Source: Lytechinus pictus (taxonomy: Eukaryota). Taken from it: 64,000 nt of DNA. A program made the position numbers and the translations under genes. Location: positions 3,410,001 through 3,474,000 of the forward strand of contig NC_087248.1 of the NCBI RefSeq assembly GCF_037042905.1. Direction: 5' to 3'. The notes under the pieces were generated by a model, which worked only from the letters and a program-made list of their open reading frames with translations, did no database searches and had not been told where the DNA came from. Below, one piece after another: positions 1-13,169 of the stretch (positions are counted from its first letter, which is position 1; each line of letters begins with the position of its first letter).

Positions 1-111
1 ACGGTCTACACAATGTAGACTACACGTACGTACTTCGCATCAACAGGTTTCTCAGCTCACCTTTTGACCTCGCGAGTTCAATCTAAACAAACGAAGAGTA
101 GTCAAGTGTTG

Positions 112-307
112 CATTGGGATTGTATCTTCGTTATGTTTTACTACAGGCCTATATTTAACCCCGCATTGGGGTTGCATCTTCGTTATGTTTTACTATAGGC
201 CTATATTTAACCCCGCATTGGGGTTGCATATTCGTTATGTTTTACTATAGGCATATATGATTGCATCTTCGTTATGTTTTACTATAGGCCTATATTTAAC
301 CCCGTAT
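112..307. repeat. Tandem repeat, 52-bp unit, ~3.7 copies
   Basis: Unit gcattggggttgcatcttcgttatgttttactataggcctatatttaacccc; ttatg at 131, 183, 235, then a partly deleted unit. Confidence 0.85.
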
Positions 308-3300
308 TAAACAAACCCTGTTTTATATCGTAGAACCTGCTCTGAAAGTAATCGTTTTTCTCTTCGCCCTTTCCCTTCATGCTTGGCTGTAGACAGAATG
401 GTGGTGGCCGTCTGTTTAGAGTTTTAAATATTTTTGGTCTAACTTTTTTTTCCAATTTCTCCTCTGTACTTTGCGAGTGGATCTAAATAATCTGAAACTG
501 ACTGAAACATTCAGGAAAGATAAAAAAACACCAAAATATCAAATTAGGGTATGTTGTATCCATATCCCTTTATGATGGCTCTCCTGATTCTCTTTCACCA
601 ATCCACTTCTATCTTTCTTCTCTCTCCTCCCTCCCCCTTTCCTTTGGGGAGGGCCAAGGAGTCAGTATACAGAGTATACATACAGTGAGCTGCGCTATAG
701 CGCCTCGCTGTAGTTCCCGTATATGTATCACGCCAAGCTATACATGAAGGGAAAGGTGCATAAAAGAGCTACAATCCACATGAATAAAGATCAAACTCGG
801 AACTCGGCCCTTGCCCATCTCTGGGATTCTCGTATCTCTTTTAGTCTTGGAGTACTTTCAGATTCATGACATAAGAGTCCGAAAGTAAGCCGTATTGGGC
901 AATCCTTTGCTTCGTCATTCACGTCAGCTAATCAACGTGTCTGAATCCTTTTTCACGCGTACGATACATTTATGGATATAGCTCAATATAGTATTCTTAT
1001 CCTGTGTGTGCTATCGCAAATAGTGGATTATATCTGAAACTAATGCAGAGCGCAAGCATGTCGCTAGCCGCCTAGCATCGGCTCATTGAGCTTGCACGCA
1101 CCGTTCGATGTTTGCTTTCTACTCAGCTACACACACAGAGTACTGCACTTTGTTGATACGGGGATTTCTTGATACTGCGCATGCGCCATGACGTATTTCA
1201 TCAATATGCATGAGTCGTAATGAATATGCATGATTCGAACGGTGTTCTAATATCAATTTATTTTTTAACCCGAGAGGGCGTCAATAAGAAAGTTCAAACT
1301 TTTATCGTTTAACCGAGATTTGTTATAATATATGTTTCACCCCTCAATATCATGAGAATATAAAAGTTATGCAAGTTTCTTTTCCGTGATAAAATAGAGC
1401 AATAATATAGGTATTTAATGAATGTAATAATTTCAAAATTGATTCATTGCCCTTGTCTGAGATCAACCAATCATACACTATACCTTTAATATACACCAGC
1501 TCACATTCAACCTGATAATGTACATACAAATAAATACATATACATTATCAGGTTTGACGTGCATAATTATGATACATATCTTATACTTATACAAACTTGT
1601 TATTTCCTTATATTGATTTATCTTCAGTTCATAGTTCGTGAACACAAAAAGGCATAATAAATTTTACCATGGTTGGTTGCACACAAGAGATTAAACTACA
1701 TTTATTAAACTCCAACGTTAAGAGTTTTATTCCCCCAGATGGAGCATATATAAAGTGACTGGATGCAAGTAAGAAATGTCTTTGTATGTTTAGCATAATA
1801 TCAAAGCTGCAATCCTATTAATAAGCATACTTTTGTCATGTTAAGTACTCAGGCAAAATGTTATAGCACTAGTATAAAGTTGCAACAATATACTTGTTTA
1901 TTGTTATCTCATGTTTATAATCCCATGTTCAATCGACTTTAAATCTACCCTTTTCTGACATTAGTATATACTACCTATAGGTATATGTGAGGTCGGTCTG
2001 ATATGTTATGATTGTTGAAAATTATGGTAATGAATGAATAAAATTGATTGATATATAAAGCTAACAGTTAGAAACCGATCCGAATTATATGGCCTTGTTA
2101 TTGTTTGTTTGTTTGCTTGCATTTATTTCTGCGTTCAAAAACACAATACAAAAATATTTACAATTACAATATTCAAAATAATTCACAATATAAACAATGT
2201 AGTCATATAACATGATAAATACAAATAAGGGTGTGAGTATAAATTAATCTTTTATAAATGTAAACATATATATATAATGTAATAAATGAACGCAGGAGAC
2301 CGCCATCGTGAGCGGTTAGGCTTGAATTGATGGCGGCCTCAATTATTGTCTAGATATCAAATCAAATTTTCAAAGAAAGAATCTTTCGATTGATGAGTGA
2401 ATGCTAGACATCATTATGTCACTTTTTTAGTATTTTTTAAGTTTGGGTAAATGATTAACTATGTACGCATTTGAATAGTACACTGATTTTTTGTTTACCA
2501 AAACTTAAACACACGACAAAATTGATGTTTTACATTAAATATTTTATATGGATTTCATTTCAATTCAATTCAAATTCTTCTTTATTCACATAAAAATGCA
2601 CATTCAAAGATAAAAAAACAATATTTTCCTGTTTAAAAAACAAGCATAAAATATCCTGTATACAACAGTATACAAAGTAATTTATTTTATACATTCATAT
2701 TTTATTATGAAGATGCTCTCCCTTAAATAACAGTAAACTCAATGATAAATTTTCCGCGAAATACCAGCAAACAATAATTGCAGAAATGAACATATTTGAA
2801 ATTTCATAATTCAAATTAGCAATTAGATCATTCTTTCCATACCACTCATGGTTACTGTTTGTGAAAGTGCAAAATTAATTTTCTTAATTTCAGTTATTCC
2901 ACATTAAAAACATCGAAAACACTAAAATACAATATTGTTCAATGTATGAGAATTATTGAACATAAAACTTAAATCAAACATGTACATAAAAAATAGGAAA
3001 AGAATCTTGGAAATATCAGAGCTTTACATTCGATCTTGACTGTCTTTCAAATCAAAATATTGTTTAGATGGACTTTAGCTTCCTCATTTGTCGTGGTTCT
3101 GACTATTGTCGGACATTATTCCTTTTATTCCGTCCATAGGTCTATGTTTTATTTGAAGAGACTGCATACTTGTACGATTTAGCTAAATTATGCCGAGCAG
3201 CCGAGGTATAACAAGCAAGGTAACAATCCTACTTCTTGTAAAAGAAATCAATTCTTGATGCCTAAAAATCGAATTATTGATCTCAGGAATTCATTCTTGT

Positions 3301-3596
3301 TATATAAAGAGATAAATTTGAATGGCCCACAACAAAAACGCATCGTCACATGGACGTACGTTTGCATATGCAGGGTCAATCAGGTGTGACCTCCCCCTTG
3401 ATAAAAGCAAATACTGTTATCTAACGTTTATTGACTTGCTCAATGAACTACTTCGATCGGCACAGACACTCCAAAGGCTTCCTTAAATGTTGTTTTCACG
3501 ATACAGCAAACTCATTTTATTTTAGTATTTATGTACGTACAGCGGAATGTATAACCCGCTTGAAAAATAAATTGGAGAGGTAAAACAGGCGATAAA

Positions 3597-6500
3597 ATGG
3601 AAACTTTAGGATTTAGTCCTGCAACTTTGGTACTCTTCACGGTATTAGTAAGCATTGTAAGCTATAGATGTCTAGTCTGCATGGTCGCAGTATGGAGAGA
3701 GGTCAAGAGAATCATGCACATTCGGCGAACCCTTCCAGGCCCCAAACCTCACTGGTTGTTCGGCAATGTCTTGCAGGAACCTGGACCGCTAACTCCTGGG
3801 TTTGAGTGGTATCGTAACATGGCAAAGACCTATCCAAAACTCCACGTATTCTGGGCTGCTTGGAAACCGGTTGTTACCCTAAATCATCCAGACTCCGTGA
3901 GAAATGTCCTTAATGGCAGCGTAGGAACTGTGAAAGTAAGTCTTGTATACAATAGACCCCGAGTTGACCAATTACGATCCCCAACATTTTGATATGATGT
4001 ATAATTTACCTAAATATATATGTATATAAGCCCGGATATAAACGTACTTAAAACAATACTTATCTTTGAAGTATTTGCAGCTATGTTACCATTAAGGGGC
4101 GGATCCAGCTTGTGTCCAATAGGAAAAGAGTACGCCAATGGGAAGGGGGGGGGGGCGAAAAAATGTTATACCCGTATTTTCCCCGATCGGCCGCTCAAAG
4201 TTGATTTTTGTTTCTTTGAAGGGCGGGGTAGTCCTAAAATAAATAAATAAGCCCTAATTGAATAGTACATGCGCGAAGCACGAACAGTTTTTGAAAGGAT
4301 TATCATGTATTTTTTCCTGATAATTGAACATTCTGAGCAATGATTGTGATCGTGAACAACGTACATGTGTAGGCCTATAAATAATTACTACGAGCGCAAA
4401 TATCGAGCAGAAATTTTTAATATACGTTCTGGCCTGATCGAAAAGGGACCTGTTCAGGACTGTTTGCAGTTACGCATGAAACCGATACATTTCAACAATC
4501 AAATTAGACGAGCGCGAAGCGCGAGCTGAAATTTTTTGGCATTCTGACCTAACAATTGGACATTCTAAGCACTTTTTTAGTCATGAACAGGATAGGTTTT
4601 CATCATGCGACCGGGGGGAAAAAAATGAAATTTAGACCTAAAAACGGGACACACTCTTCATGTTTTGTAAATCATGAAATGGATGACTAATTTTGGTATC
4701 TTCTATAATGCGAGCTCAGCAAGAAGCGCGTGAGAAAATTTTTTGATATTCTGATATGAAACGTTTGGAATAAAGAACTGCGTATCTCAATAAACATGTG
4801 TGCGCGTGTTTTTGAGATTTGAATCTGGGCATTCTATAATACATTTCTTTTATTATGAAAATCAATAATGCGCGAGCTGAAAAATTGATATAACGATCTG
4901 AAAAGGGTCAATTTTAGCACTATTTCAAGTATCGCAGTAAAATTGTGAAGCGGATATGGATCGTACATCGAGTATGATGCGAGCGCGAAGCGCGAACCGA
5001 TTTTTTTCGTTATTATTTAGACCTAGCACCGGGGCGCTGTAAGGACATCTTGTCATCATATGAAAAAACTTTTCGATATCCCATTCTGAACAAGGGACAA
5101 TTTTACTGTTAGGAATTCATAAAACTGTTATCTTATCAATCTAATATTAACGAGTGCGAAATCATCTGTTGATATTAAGGCCTGAAAACCGGACATTTAA
5201 GCATTTTTAAAGATATTCTTTTACGGCCTACTTGTGTGCATAATTATGATAATCCTCCTATGCAGAGCTACTCGGCCGTTGATGGAGTGCAGAAACCCAA
5301 GTGCAGGAGAATGTCTTTCATTGAGGCCGTAAATTAAACATGGGTATAATACCTCCTTCGTACTCTTCTTTCTGTTTTCAGCGTCTCTCTTAAGTTAAAA
5401 AGGACACTTTTTGGTTGCCAAAGGGGGGGGGGACGGGTCGCCCCCCCCCCCTTGGATCCGCGCCCGCCATAACCAATTGTTTATCCCTTCATACATATTT
5501 TGCTTATCTTATACGTCCGTTCCCATTTCCTTGACCCATTTACCTTTGTAACCTAAGTTCTCATATTTGCTTTGGTAGCCTCCAAATTATCATTTATTTC
5601 AGGGTAGACCTACTTTACCTCACAAAGCGACATTTGGCTTTATTTTAAGTGCTCCTTTTTTATTTCTTATATTATATCATTTGTACTCATTGGCCCGTAT
5701 TCGGAAGTCGGGTTTTAATTGTGGTTAAAGTATGGATAGCCATTTTGCCACAAATCTCTTCTGGTACAAGTTCCATTTATACTCTCAGTTGACTTTCAAA
5801 TTATTAAGAACTATCTGGAAGATTTAAGTAAAACCGTTTTCTTAATCATTAAAGCATAGCAAATGAGCACAGCAAAAATTAGATATATAAAATGTAAACA
5901 AACTTTTACATTTTTGGCTTCCAATAACTTTAGCACAGACTTTAGCACTTTAGCACTTAGACTATGGCCTAAGTTAAACCAAACTTCATAATACAGGCCT
6001 AAAATTAAAGAAATGATATTTTGCTTTCATGAATTTGAATGTCAAAGTTTGTTATGTTTTGGCTCCGGTCACAAGCTACGACTGTAGGGGTAGCCCAACC
6101 ATTTTTTTTAATGATCGATTGATACATTATGTTATATTGTATCTTCTGTGGTTGAATTAATTTACACTTAATTTAATTTTTCTCTTCCCGAATATATTGG
6201 GCGATTTTCCACCCCCCCCCTCCTTTCCATCCGAAGCATGAACAACACATCTGGCTGTATATGTTTTTGTTTTTATGCTCCACTGAGGGCATATTATCCG
6301 CAATGATGAAATGCAAGAGCAAAAAAAAATAGTTTTGTGAGTTTTATGTCCCGTCATCGATTCAGTAGTATGTAGTATTATTATCAGACTATTTTTTCCA
6401 TAAATTTTCAACTGCAGGCTATCATTTGATTGGATTCGAGTATTATTTCAGAACAGAAGCTGAAGAGTATGATAGAGTCTGAATTATATTTCCGATAGAG

Positions 6501-9500
6501 AATTTGTTTCATCCGCTGATCGGGCCAAGGGTGATTATTTGCATTATATATCGGAAACAAATCGATTTAACTATTACAGAAAGAATGGGGATACATTTCA
6601 CTTTTAAAAAAATCTAATCTGAAATCACATGAGGCAAAGCCAAGAAGCAAAAAGTTTAATCTCTCATAAGAATTTCATTTTCATCAATATTTTTGTCTTT
6701 TGAGTTGTCATATTGAATTTTCCTTGAATTTGATTGGCTGAGAATGACGGTTACTAAGTCAACTGTCGGATAAAACAGTTCCTTTCATGAAATGCTACCA
6801 TGTAAGGTTTTACTTCCAATTCGTCTAATGCCAATTCGTCCAACTGCCGACTCGTCTACTATCATTCGGTCTACCATCAGTTCGTCCACTATCCATATGG
6901 TCTAATTGCCAATTCCTCCACTCACAATTTCGTCTAATAACCAGTTGGTCCAATAGCCATTTAGTACATATACCGTTTGGTCTAATTGGGCTAAGTGTTA
7001 ATGTGCAAAATGAATGAAAATGAAATGGATATTAGACCAACTGGTTATGAGACGAAATGGTCATAGACGAAAAAAAAATAAACGAAGTGGTGATTGGAGC
7101 AAATGGTTGTTAGACGAAATGTTGATGGACGGAATGGCATTAGACTAAATGAAAGTAGACCATGTGGTGAGTGGACGAGCTGGCAGTAGACGAATTAGCA
7201 ATTTACCCCTAAGTAATTAAGCGGGCCTTGGAAGTTTGGTTTCTCTCTATCTCTCTCAACCCACATACACACCCTCCCACAAACTCCATCCGCACACATA
7301 CCCTCACGCTCCCACAGCCTTGTTTTCTCTACCTTTAACAAACACACAAACGCCCACACATGCGTCTATCAAACGATGATTCAGTATACTCAATTTCTTA
7401 TATATTAATGTAAATTTTTTCAGTCTTATTTTTCGGAGTTTTTGTGGGTTTTTATGCAGAGTTCACTTTATGGTCTGTTTGAAGAGTGGCTAGGTCAAAA
7501 TATGGTTGCCACAGATGGAAAGGTGTGGAAGAGACACCGAAAACTAATTACTAGCACTTTCCATTTCAACGCTCTCAAGAACTACATCCCCAAGATAAAC
7601 CAGGTACGTATTCGTAAAATATTTTCCAAAAGTTTATCCACGAAATATGACACTAAGGTAAAACTAAATTAATTGCACGCTTATTGGAGATAATCGAAAT
7701 ATTAGGAACAATGCACTTTCAGTAAAATAGTACACAGTTACCCACAATACAACTTCATTTGGAGAATTAACTTGTGAAGGTGAAAGCCATTTAGTTTTAA
7801 CGTACGGTGTCTATTTAAAAAAATATCAAATTAAGGCATGCGTTTTCTCCATGCATGGTATCCCATATCTTTCGCAACAAATTTATTAGAAAATGCCACA
7901 ATAAGTCATGTTCGAAGCCCCTTGCCCCGAATCCTCCCGATGATCATTCAGTCAATCTGCATTATATAAACAATCGCATTTACAAGATACATGGGCCCGT
8001 ATTCTGAAGTCGGGTTTAACTTAAACTCAGGTTTAAAGTTGTGGTCTAAGTATGGACAGCCAATTGTTACATAAATCACTAACAGAAGGGATATACTATT
8101 TCAGCTCATTTGGCTTTCAAATCATTCATAATTGTCAAGGAAGTATGTATGGATTATTGTCTTCACCATCGATGAATCAGGAAAGAGCACAGCAAACATA
8201 AGAAACGTACAACTTAATAAAAAAAATTGATACTTTTGGCTGTCCATACTTAAACCACAACTTTAAACCTGAGTTTAACTTAAACCTGACTTCAGAATAC
8301 GGGCCATGGAATATAAGAAAATATAAGCTGGGTAGATTACAATATAATAAACAAAACTGACCAATTAAACATCATGTTCTTGTCCAGGTAGCAGAGACCT
8401 TGGTTTCTGTGATCACGCAGAGATGTGAGGAAGGAAAGCCCCTAGAACTCTATAAATCAATGGGTTCATTTTCCAGTGACGTCATCCTTCAGTGTGCATT
8501 TTCCTACAAGTCTGATTGTCAAAAGGTCGAGTCACAATTCGTACAGCATGCTCACAACTTGATGGATATCGTTACGAAGAGGTACAGTACAATAGTTCTG
8601 AAAGTGGCACAGAAAACTCTAGTATGGTAACTTCACGTCAAATAGTGCGTTAATTCTATGCATTATTGTGTGAAAGTTTACCTCTGGAAGTGCATTTTTA
8701 TTCCCAATAAAATTAATTACCAACAAAAATACTGTCAATGATCCATTTTTACCAACCATTTGGTACAGCTTTACTCAACCGTGACGTACCTTTTCAGTGT
8801 ATACAATAACATAGGCCTACTCCCGGTTGCAAGACGTCTGTGACATCATTCTAAAAGCTACATTATTCGACGATATTATATGGGAGTATTGAGAACTGGT
8901 CATATGCAAATCACTCCCGTCTAAGTTTATGAGCTCGCCATTCTCGCCTGCCTTACAAAAGGTAATTGATGGTATTTTGGGGGGAAAGAGATGACACGGA
9001 TCCCTGCAATGAAATTCCCTCCTGTATGCTGAATGTGCAAAACTTCAAATTGGTATGTGGTACATGGTACATGGTGGAACGGAGCAAACCAAACGGTATA
9101 TCGCATCATCAGATCACGGAGTTGATCTGATCCTCCCAGCAGTCGCAAAGAGCATCTACATCAACATCGTTTTTCAATATCTACATCCTACATGAGGATT
9201 TCGCATCGTCCTGCGTCTTACAGGCGATTCAGAGTATCTACATCAACATCGTTTTTCAATATCTACATCCTACATGAGGATTTTGCTTCGTCCTGTCCCT
9301 TACAGGCGATTCAGACACAACCAGGTATACAGGCTATGCCTCAATGAGTAAGTCCTGGTTTAAATATGGTTATAACATGTGGGGTGATCTTTCGACCGTG
9401 AGTGGAGCCCCCGGGGTGGAGCCATCATGGGATTCGTAGAGAACTAGCAAGAAAATTTTAAATTTTTGATTGTACAGTAGATCAGTATATATCTCCTCAT

Positions 9501-11773
9501 GTACCGCTGTTCACTTCAACATAACTGCAAGTCGCAAATTATTTGAGTGTGATCGTGTTGAAGACTGTAACTAAGTAAACCTCTTTTATCAATTTATTAT
9601 ATTTACTATACAGATCCTTTAGCCCGTTCTTACCGTTTAAATTCATCTTCCGGAGATCTTCACTTTATAAACCATGGAGAAGGGGGATTGATGTTCTTCA
9701 TAAACTTATAGAGAAGCTCATTTCAGAACGAAGAGGGGAGCACAACACGAAGGGATCTAACTTGGTAAGTCGATCGCCTGAGCAGGAAATTAATATTTAT
9801 CTTGAGATCACATTGACACTAGATGGAATAGTTTCACTTGCACATGCATTTCAGTATGATTTCTAACAGATGACTGGAACAAAATCTATTTAAAATTCGA
9901 AATGAATTATTCATCGTTCTCATCTTTCATCTAGAGTTATGTTTGAAAGCAAAGGCTTACAGGCTTACACAGATTAGTAACATCCTCCCTTTTTTAATAT
10001 GATTTTAAGAGATGAATATTTTTGCTCTTTCAGGAATACTTCAAAGGGATGGACTTTCTTGACACTATCATGCTAGCCAAAGACTCTGACGGAGGACTAA
10101 CGGATGAAGAGATCAGGGACGAGGTATTACCTGACAGTAGTTACTATTAAAAACATAGAATATAGTCAATTTGTACCTCGCAATCCCCTTTTAAAGTGAT
10201 ATGGATCCATGTGAAGAATCAGAGATGATGTACAACTTGCACCTTGCAGTGTTTAGGGGTAGGAGAGAGGTCCTGGGGAGTGTTTCATGAAAGGACTTGT
10301 CAGACATTTTATCCGACAGTTACTATGGTAACAGTGCCTCTCAGCCAATCAGATTCAAGGAAAGATGTCAGACCTGACAACTCGTCGCACGAAAATGTTG
10401 ATGAAACACTCCCCGGTCTTGACAAACTTCGATCGGAACAGTTCATGTTCTAACCTTGGTTGATTTTTTTTAATTTCAACTCAAGAAAGGGTTGTACCTT
10501 TCCACCTATATTGCCAAGTACAAAATTGCCAATTGTTGTTCATAATTGCTCGTTGAACAATTCAATCTAATAAGGTAAACTTGACTGTATGAAATAAAAA
10601 CGAGCCAGAAGACTGACAGTGATTCAGCTGGTTCTTCGAATATTAGCGAAAATATTTTTTATGATAATGAACAGGAAATGAATATGGAACGCTGAAGTAT
10701 AAGCAATTTTGTTTTCCTTTGTTTTACAATTAGGCAAATACCTTCTTGGTTGCCGGAATTGATACGACATCCAGCGCCCTCACTTGGCTTATATACTTGT
10801 TGGCTACTCATCCAGAATACCAGACCATGGTTCAGGAGGAAGTTGATGAACTCTTCAAAGATCGTAAGAATCGAGAGACTTACAGGTAAATTAAGGATCT
10901 AGACGGAAATCTGAAGATGGGATTACATACTTAGATGATATTGATGAGGTCTGGTGACTGGGACATCTGAAATCCTGAGAGGAACTTACGTACCAAGGGT
11001 GTCCCCTGATAGAATGTTGAAGACCTACATTATTGGGAGGGGGGTTCCGGGGGGGGGGGCCTTCTCCTGACGAATTTTATCAGCAGGTACAACACTGCTT
11101 GGATAGGCTGTCGGATATTTAAAGGCAGGGGTATTCAGGTAGATTTATAATATATGCTCCAAGTTATTATCCTAAACAGAAAATATTGACCCCATCATGA
11201 TTCTTTTAGATTTTATGCCATTTAATCCCTATTAAACAGGATGCCAGATGTTGTGTAGTTAGAACTTGTCCCAACAGCTTGTAACCAATTAGAATTTAAA
11301 ATGTAAAATTTTGTTCATTTTACAGCGAAGACCTCCATGATACTCCGTTTCTGATAAAATGCATCAAAGAAAGTCAGCGTATGTACTCGTTTGTATCGCC
11401 TAGCCGCCTCTTAACCGAGCCGTTGGTTGTTGATGGTCTAACTATTCCGGCTGGGACCGAGATTACCATCTTCGTCTACCAACTCCATCATAACCCTGAT
11501 GTATGGGGAGATGATCACATGACATTCAAACCAAGCCGCTTCGACCGTGAGAACATAGAGAGTCGAGATTCATTCGCTTTCATTCCTTTCTCCGCTGGTG
11601 CGCGTAACTGCATCGGCCAACAGTTCGCGCTTCAGGAGATGCAAATAGCCGCGATTCGAATGTTCGACAAGTTTAGCTTTACGTTACTCCAAGATTCCAT
11701 TCCAGTCTTTAAAGTAATTAGCGCGCCACAAGATGAAATACTACTTGGTATTCATCCACGGAATGAAAAATAA
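3597..11773 (+). CDS. Cytochrome P450, CYP4 clan (paralog 1), 505 aa; join(3597..3935,7460..7603,8388..8581,9614..9764,10034..10123,10734..10885,11326..11773)
   Basis: All introns GT-AG with consistent phases (0,0,2,0,0,2), 1518 nt in total. N-terminal TM anchor, PGPKPHWLFGN proline hinge, WxxxR (WKRHR), DFLD..M.AKD..G.LTDEEIRDE, I-helix AGIDTT, ExxR (ESQR), PSRF, heme motif FSAGARNCIG. Confidence 0.93.
4095..5466. mobile_element. Degenerate non-autonomous DNA transposon (AGGGGCGGATCC termini, hAT-like) with GCGCGAAGCGC repeats
   Basis: aggggcggatcc ... ggatccgcgcccg; internal sequence shared with 30700-31414 in the opposite orientation (ttttccccgatcggccgctc). Confidence 0.6.
5692..5999. mobile_element. 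Degenerate copy of the GGCCCGTATTC MITE
   Basis: ggcccgtattcggaagtcgggttt ... cttcataatacaggcc; homologous to 7994-8305. Confidence 0.7.
6679..6800 (-). mobile_element. Degenerate X-box/CCAAT MITE copy
   Basis: Reverse-complement similarity to 41879-42041 (tgattggctgag ... aactgtcggataaaa ... tttcatgaaa). Confidence 0.55.
6806..7207. mobile_element. Fold-back MITE-like element with repeated ttcgtcta/tagacgaa subterminal motifs
   Basis: Left half has many cgtcta/cgtcca motifs; right half has their reverse complements. Confidence 0.65.
7994..8305. mobile_element. MITE with ~68-bp TIRs and 3-bp TSD (ATG); PIF/Harbinger-like
   Basis: atg|ggcccgtattctgaagtc ... gacttcagaatacgggcc|atg. Confidence 0.9.
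9040..9350 (-). mobile_element. Decayed non-LTR retrotransposon RT fragment containing an 82-bp tandem duplication (9154-9317)
   Basis: Minus-strand remnants WLCLNRL and WEDQINSVI resemble the C-terminal part of CR1/L2 RT; atctacatcaacatcg occurs at 9154 and 9236. Confidence 0.4.
10273..10416 (+). mobile_element. X-box/CCAAT MITE (GGGGAGYGTTTCAT TIRs)
   Basis: ctggggagtgtttcatgaa ... gatgaaacactccccgg; contains gttactatggtaac and ccaat. Confidence 0.8.
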
Positions 11774-12686
11774 CACTATTCTATAAATCAATTTCATCGC
11801 CCATTAACATATATCAATAAGTGAGCTAAGGATTCACCAGACAAGCTTTGAGGACGATAATTTGGAGAGCAATCGAACATGCACATCCTAGTTATTATAA
11901 TCTAACAACGATCCATTGTGGGGTTCTTTGCGTTCGAGGTGGGCCTATAGTCCACGCATGCGCAGACTGAGCAACCCAGTTAAATCGCTTTATTTTCCGA
12001 GCTTCTGTCTCCAAGGGTTTCTGGCAAATCGTAAAATAACATTTGACGACTCCATATAATTGGCCATGGTTTATATAATTCACTTCTGTGTAAATTTGTT
12101 TATTTTCATAAAGTAAGGATGGTAAGAATGTTTTAAGTTAAAATAAAAATAATAGGAGGTTTAACCTTCATTAGGATGGTGATTTTAATTATTTGCAAAA
12201 GTTAAATCTATTTTTTTTTAATCCAGCAAGAATTTGTCAGAAATGAACTACGCAGTGTTCTTGCAGAAATGCTGTATATATGGACTACATCCTACAAGTT
12301 TATATGACATTTGAAGGTTTGCACGGAGGTATAAACAAGCCCAGAAATGGTGTACGGTATACCATGATGTGCAAAGCCCTGGACAGGGCTAAGAGAAAGT
12401 GGATAATAAGTGAAATGAAGAGGCGAGAAAGTGGAGTTTAGAAAGTAGAGAATCTATCCTCTCATCTTGCCTACTAATCAAACTCTTCTACTCTTTCTGG
12501 TTACTCAGCCCTCTATAAAAAAGGACTACTCTCATTTCTGAAGATACTCTACTTTCAAACCAATCGTTCGATCTAAGATTTAAATACTTCTGCCGTTTAT
12601 TGGTTTTCAAAATAATCGATATAATGGCCCTAGTTGATTTTGAAATCAATAACTATTTATCCCTCAGATTGCGAATTGTACCCATT

Positions 12687-12808
12687 GGCCCGAATTTATA
12701 AAGGTGGATTCTGAAGAATCCGCGGATTTTACAGAATCCCTGGACTAAAAAATCCGCGGATTCAAAAATATGTAGATTTTGCAGAATCCACCTTTGTGAA
12801 TTCGGGCC
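12687..12808. mobile_element. Small MITE with GGCCCG termini and 3-bp TSD (ATT); Harbinger-like
   Basis: att|ggcccgaatttataaaggtggattctg ... cagaatccacctttgtgaattcgggcc|att. Confidence 0.85.
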
Positions 12809-13169
12809 ATTAAGTCTCTTCTCGACATCCCATTCCCCCAAATTGAATTGAATCATCCTCGTATAAAGTAAGCAAAACTCTATCATTTTTTAAACCACAA
12901 AATATAACTATCAATTTAAGCGTGGTTGCTTAATGACGAAACATTTCGTTCTTGCTCGGTTTACTTTTAATCATATGTTTTACAGGGTGAACCAGAACAA
13001 AGAAAACACAACTTTAAAATATTTTCCTGATAAAAATATAGAATCAGCGACATATTTCTATGAAGTACATCTCATAGGCATTCAAATGTTACCTCGATCA
13101 TGTTTCTAGGACCACGCATCACTGAACACAATATTTTTGGAAAAAAAGAAAATAATAAAAATTCACTTG

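Noticed and set aside
112-307. CRISPR-like array
   Set aside because: Head-to-tail repeats with no unique spacers, in eukaryotic DNA with no cas genes; the same applies to the 13585-14400 repeats.
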